A program made the translations under genes and the position numbers. A stretch of DNA of 54,140 nucleotides, the filler included, from Bipalium vagum (lineage: Eukaryota), in NCBI GenBank assembly GCA_037834085.1. It is 2 parts of 2 records of this genome, joined end to end, with 100 filler letters (N's around TTAATTAATTAA, not from the genome) between each part and the next. Parts side by side here need not be neighbours in the genome. Positions count along the whole stretch, not along the records: positions 27,328 to 54,140 come from JBBMKC010127479.1; 1 more part is not named here. One strand, written 5' to 3'. Positions 50,480 through 54,140 of this stretch are shown one piece after another. How positions within the stretch are numbered: position 1 is the stretch's first letter; each line of letters begins with the position of its first letter. The notes below the pieces were generated by a model. It made no database searches, was not told the origin of the DNA, and saw only the letters and a program-made list of their open reading frames with translations.

Positions 50480-51200
50480 TTGAAATCATTTTGCACGACC
50501 ACCTAAATGTACGGAAGCTTTTTCGTCCCATACAGTTTAACATCATCAAAAAGAAAATGCCGTGCTACACGTAAATTGTATCAAATGAAATGCGGATTTA
50601 TTCGTACGATACTGTAAGTTAGCAACAATTCAATGCTTGGGTATTTAAAGAAAAATCCAAACCAACAAAAATTGTTCGGCCCCGCAGTCCAGCAAAGAAA
50701 ATAATTACCTGTTTTTTGATATAAAAGAACATGGCAAAATTACTTTAAAAAATCAACGATCTAGCAATGTTATATTGTATAAAACAGTTTCTTATCACAT
50801 GTGATTTCAAAAATTAGAAAAACAATAGAAATAGACAAAATAACCTTCATCATGACAACGCCAGCTCTCTTACAGCTCTTCAAGACAGATTTCACTGTCA
50901 TTAAAATTTTAGAATAAATGGCACATCCTGTCATGACTTATCATCTTTTGACACTTTTTGTTTTTAACCAGCAAAAAGAAATTATTTAGTGACCACTTTT
51001 CGACGTGTGGAGTATCAATTGCAAAATTCGAGGTATTGATATCTGAAGTACCAACGTCAGAATGGAAAAATATTTTCGAAATTTGATTAGCTAGCATGCA
51101 GAAGTGGGTTGACCTATAAGGGGATTATTTAGACAAAAAAATATTTTTAGTTTAGTTAGTTCTTTTCAATTACCATATTCCACAAACTTTCCCAGACGCC
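50480..51200 (+). mobile_element. mariner (irritans-like) degenerate transposase
   Basis: ILHDHLNVRKL, WVFKEKSKPTKIVRPRSPAKKIITCF, HHDNASS, EVPTSEWKNIFEI*LASMQKWVDL*GDY. Confidence 0.9.
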
Positions 51201-53399
51201 AACATCCTTTTAACATTAAAAACTTTTTCCATATATTTCTTATTTGATTCAATCCATCAGTTAATAGTTGTAACATTATATATTAAAGGCATTTTCTATT
51301 AATTCTCTAGACAATTAATTTCGTGAATTGATAAATTAAGAGAGTCGTAAAAATGTTAATGATGTAATCTTTAAAAGAATATCAAAATCCATTTATTATC
51401 CTTAATGATGCTGAAATCCGTCTGTAGTTGATTTTTTCATTGATATTTCAATTATCACTTAATGCATAATTATAATGACAAAATTGTAAGAGATTTTTTT
51501 CTTTTTATTGCGCTTTTCGGTAGTTTTTTCAATTTTATAATTTTAACATTATTTCCTTTTTGAAAAGCTATTAAAGATACATTTCATAAGAAGAATTTTC
51601 TTAATTATTTATGAAGAAATTAATTATTTCATCAATATTTTAAAAAAAATTTTTATTTTTTTTTTTAAAAATATTTTAAAAACATATTATCTTAAGAAAA
51701 TTTGAATAATTACTCTAGTAAACAATGATTATTAAAACAAAATGCATTAGATTTGAATTCGAAATTATATTACCAGGTATGTCAGTGAATTGATTTAAAT
51801 AATTCCGCCTTATTTATCTTTACACCTTGTGGGTGTCAAAAAATATTTAATTTTGTAAAATTCTTTAAAAAATATACTGTAAAAAGATATAATAAATTCA
51901 TTTTAGAGTTCATAGCATAATGTTATTATTTTAAATTTGAAGAGGTGCTAACAATAATCAGCTTTTATTAATAAAGTTACAATAATTTTTTTGTTAAAAA
52001 TGAAAGTAATTTTATATTATATAGCAATTGGTTTTCTTCATTTACTTTCAAACCCTTTTAAGTTATTATATTTCATTAATGAAAGACTTCTGTTGTCAAA
52101 AATGCACATATTCTAACCTTTTCCGAATAATAAACTGAAATTAATAAATTAATACCGTTTTTATTAAATTGTTTCAAATAAATTGTTTTAATAATCCATT
52201 TTATACTAAATTCTTATTACAGTAACAGGAATTTTGTTTAAACCATTGATTAAAATATTAAATAAATATTTTTGCAATTTATTTTAATAAGATGAATGCA
52301 GTTATGATTTTTGTACTCCTTTGTTTTTGAGATCTGAAGATAATATACAGTAAATAAAGGCAAATAACAAATAAAAACAATTTAGTTAATTAATAAATTA
52401 ATATGTAGTAAACTCCAAACAAAACAATTAGTAATAATTATAATTAATTTAATATGTTAAATAAATAAATCAAAAATAGGAAGTTTCATAAATTTATTAT
52501 TTTTTACAGGCAATCAGATTAATGGAAATATTGGATTTTTGTTTAAATGAATTTATAAAAATATATAATGTAATTAATTGAAATAAAAATGTAAATTAAG
52601 ATTTCTCTCAACAAAAATTAAATTTTATATTTTTATATAATTTTTAGGTGATTTTTTAATTTTAAACATTAATGAAGAATATTTAAAACAAAAAAATAAT
52701 CTTACATAAATCCGACTTTACAAATATATTATTATAAAAACTTTGTCATTATTATACTATCATTGCAGATCGTATTAAATAGCTTTTAAAAAATTTCAAC
52801 TGGAATATGGGTTTGAGAAGAAATTTAAAGCATATAAAGATGAATTAATTTTTATGTACTGAAATAATGAGCTTCGTAAAACAAAAATTATTATTTGTTT
52901 TACTGTATGACAGAAAGTATACATATTTCATTCTGTAAAAGTTAATCTGTCAATATTGTGGCATAATCGGATATAAAAGGAAAATAACAAAAATTATCAT
53001 AAATAAATCCACCATTGACAAAATGCAATAAAAAAAATATTAATATTATTTATGTCATTTAATTTTTCGATTTTAAATCCTTCAACTCACAGACATTTCC
53101 CCAGTCAGTTTTATTTGTTTTTCTCTTCTGTCAATAAACCCAGAAAAAGAAAGCTTTACAAATATTACGTTTAATTCACAGGAGATTATTTTATTTTTTA
53201 TTTTTATTTTTATAAAAATATAATATAATCATTGATTATATTATTTTTCATATTTATAAAAATATTTTGTTTTTATTTTAATATTATTAATTAAGAAAAT
53301 TATAAAATATTTTTAAACATTTTAAAATTTTTAATTTTTTTTTCTACCTTATCGAAAATGTAAATGTAAAAAATAAACCGCATAACTTCAAAATCGCAT

Positions 53400-53590
53400 A
53401 AAAAGAGAATTGAGGGTACTTTAAACTGTGTAAACCATGTTGCGTTAGCAATTGTTGAAATTAAACTATACACATTAAACGCATGTTGGAAAGAAGTTTG
53501 GCCTGAATGCGTATAATTTATAAAGATGTACCAAATCAAATAACAACTATATCATCAGAAATTATTTCACTGGCCAAAGCAGAGAATTGA
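53400..53590 (+). mobile_element. Tigger/pogo transposase C-terminal fragment
   Basis: TLNCVNHVALAIVEIKLYTLNACWKEVWPECV..EIISLAK matches the Tigger pattern 'TL..CW..LWPECV'. Confidence 0.8.
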
Positions 53591-53769
53591 GTGTAAATTA
53601 TTATGAAAATAAGTTTTTCAATGATTTTTAGTTATTTAACACCCTATAAATAGAAAATGGAACTTTTTTAAGTTATATAAATAATAAATAGGTCTAGATA
53701 TTAGAAAAAGGTAAAAAGATTTTGAGTCGTTATAAAATCCTTACTTTATACAAAAACGTTTTAAAAAAT

Positions 53770-53985
53770 TGTTATCCCCAAAGCTAGCTACATAGTTCAG
53801 TCTATGGTGAATCCCTGTCTTGTATATACTTCAGATCCTTTTTTTAAACAATAAGATATTCTTTCTTTAAGTTTCTGAGAATTTTGGGCTCTCAAATTCT
53901 TATTATATACAACTCGCTTCAATTCTGCCAAAAAGTCTTTAAATTCCGCGCTTCAGAAAATTTGTGGGGTTATCCATTTTTTCAA
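53770..53985 (-). mobile_element. DD37E-type ITm transposase C-terminal fragment
   Basis: KDFLAELKRVVYNKNLRAQNSQKLKERISYCLKK-DLKYIQ, similar to the segment after RPIE at 46544-46790. Confidence 0.65.
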
Positions 53986-54025
53986 AAAAATTCACATTTT
54001 TATCTCTAAGGTACTTTTATATATT

Positions 54026-54140
54026 TGTTCAATTTTTAGAGTATCAAACTTAAACCTGACTCTAAAATCTTAGGTGGTGCAAATCAAAACAATCAGTAAA
54101 GCAACACTTGTATTTATACCACACCAAAATAAAATACAAT
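54026..54140 (+). repeat. Dispersed repeat, inverted homolog of ~790-900
   Basis: gtatcaaacttaaacctgactctaaaatcttaggtggtgcaaatcaaaacaatcagtaaagcaacacttgtatttata vs reverse complement gtatcaaatttagacctgactccaactcttaggtggtgcaaataataacaatcagtaaagcaacaattgtatttata. Confidence 0.85.

Noticed and set aside
1-54140. CRISPR arrays, rRNA, operons or other prokaryotic/phage systems
   Set aside because: No regularly spaced direct repeats, rRNA-like blocks or dense ORFs; the sequence is eukaryotic in organisation.

Overview
Very AT-rich eukaryotic, probably animal, DNA. I can support no intact protein-coding gene. The window is a DNA-transposon graveyard: many decayed mariner (D,D34D) copies of several subfamilies, Tc1/Tc3-type DD34E, DD37D/maT-, DD41D/rosa- and DD37E-type fragments, pogo/Tigger elements, a CGGBP1-like hAT transposase, a SPIN-like hAT MITE with a perfect 8-bp TSD, and a Penelope GIY-YIG scrap. 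Four elements keep both TIRs, and one full-length mariner is nested inside another transposase. Between the TEs are decayed multi-exon host-gene remnants with very short (about 24-45 nt) introns. Two are recognisable: an F-type lectin (plus an inverted paralogous exon) and a KIAA0513/SBF2-domain gene. There is also a degenerate tRNA-Ala(CGC) and two assembly gaps, one holding an artificial TTAATTAATTAA linker. I found no convincing novel multi-gene system. The best leads are an intron-bearing Tc3-like transposase, possible non-canonical micro-introns, the SPIN-like MITE and the F-lectin/tRNA cluster. Family assignments come from motif recognition by eye, not database searches.
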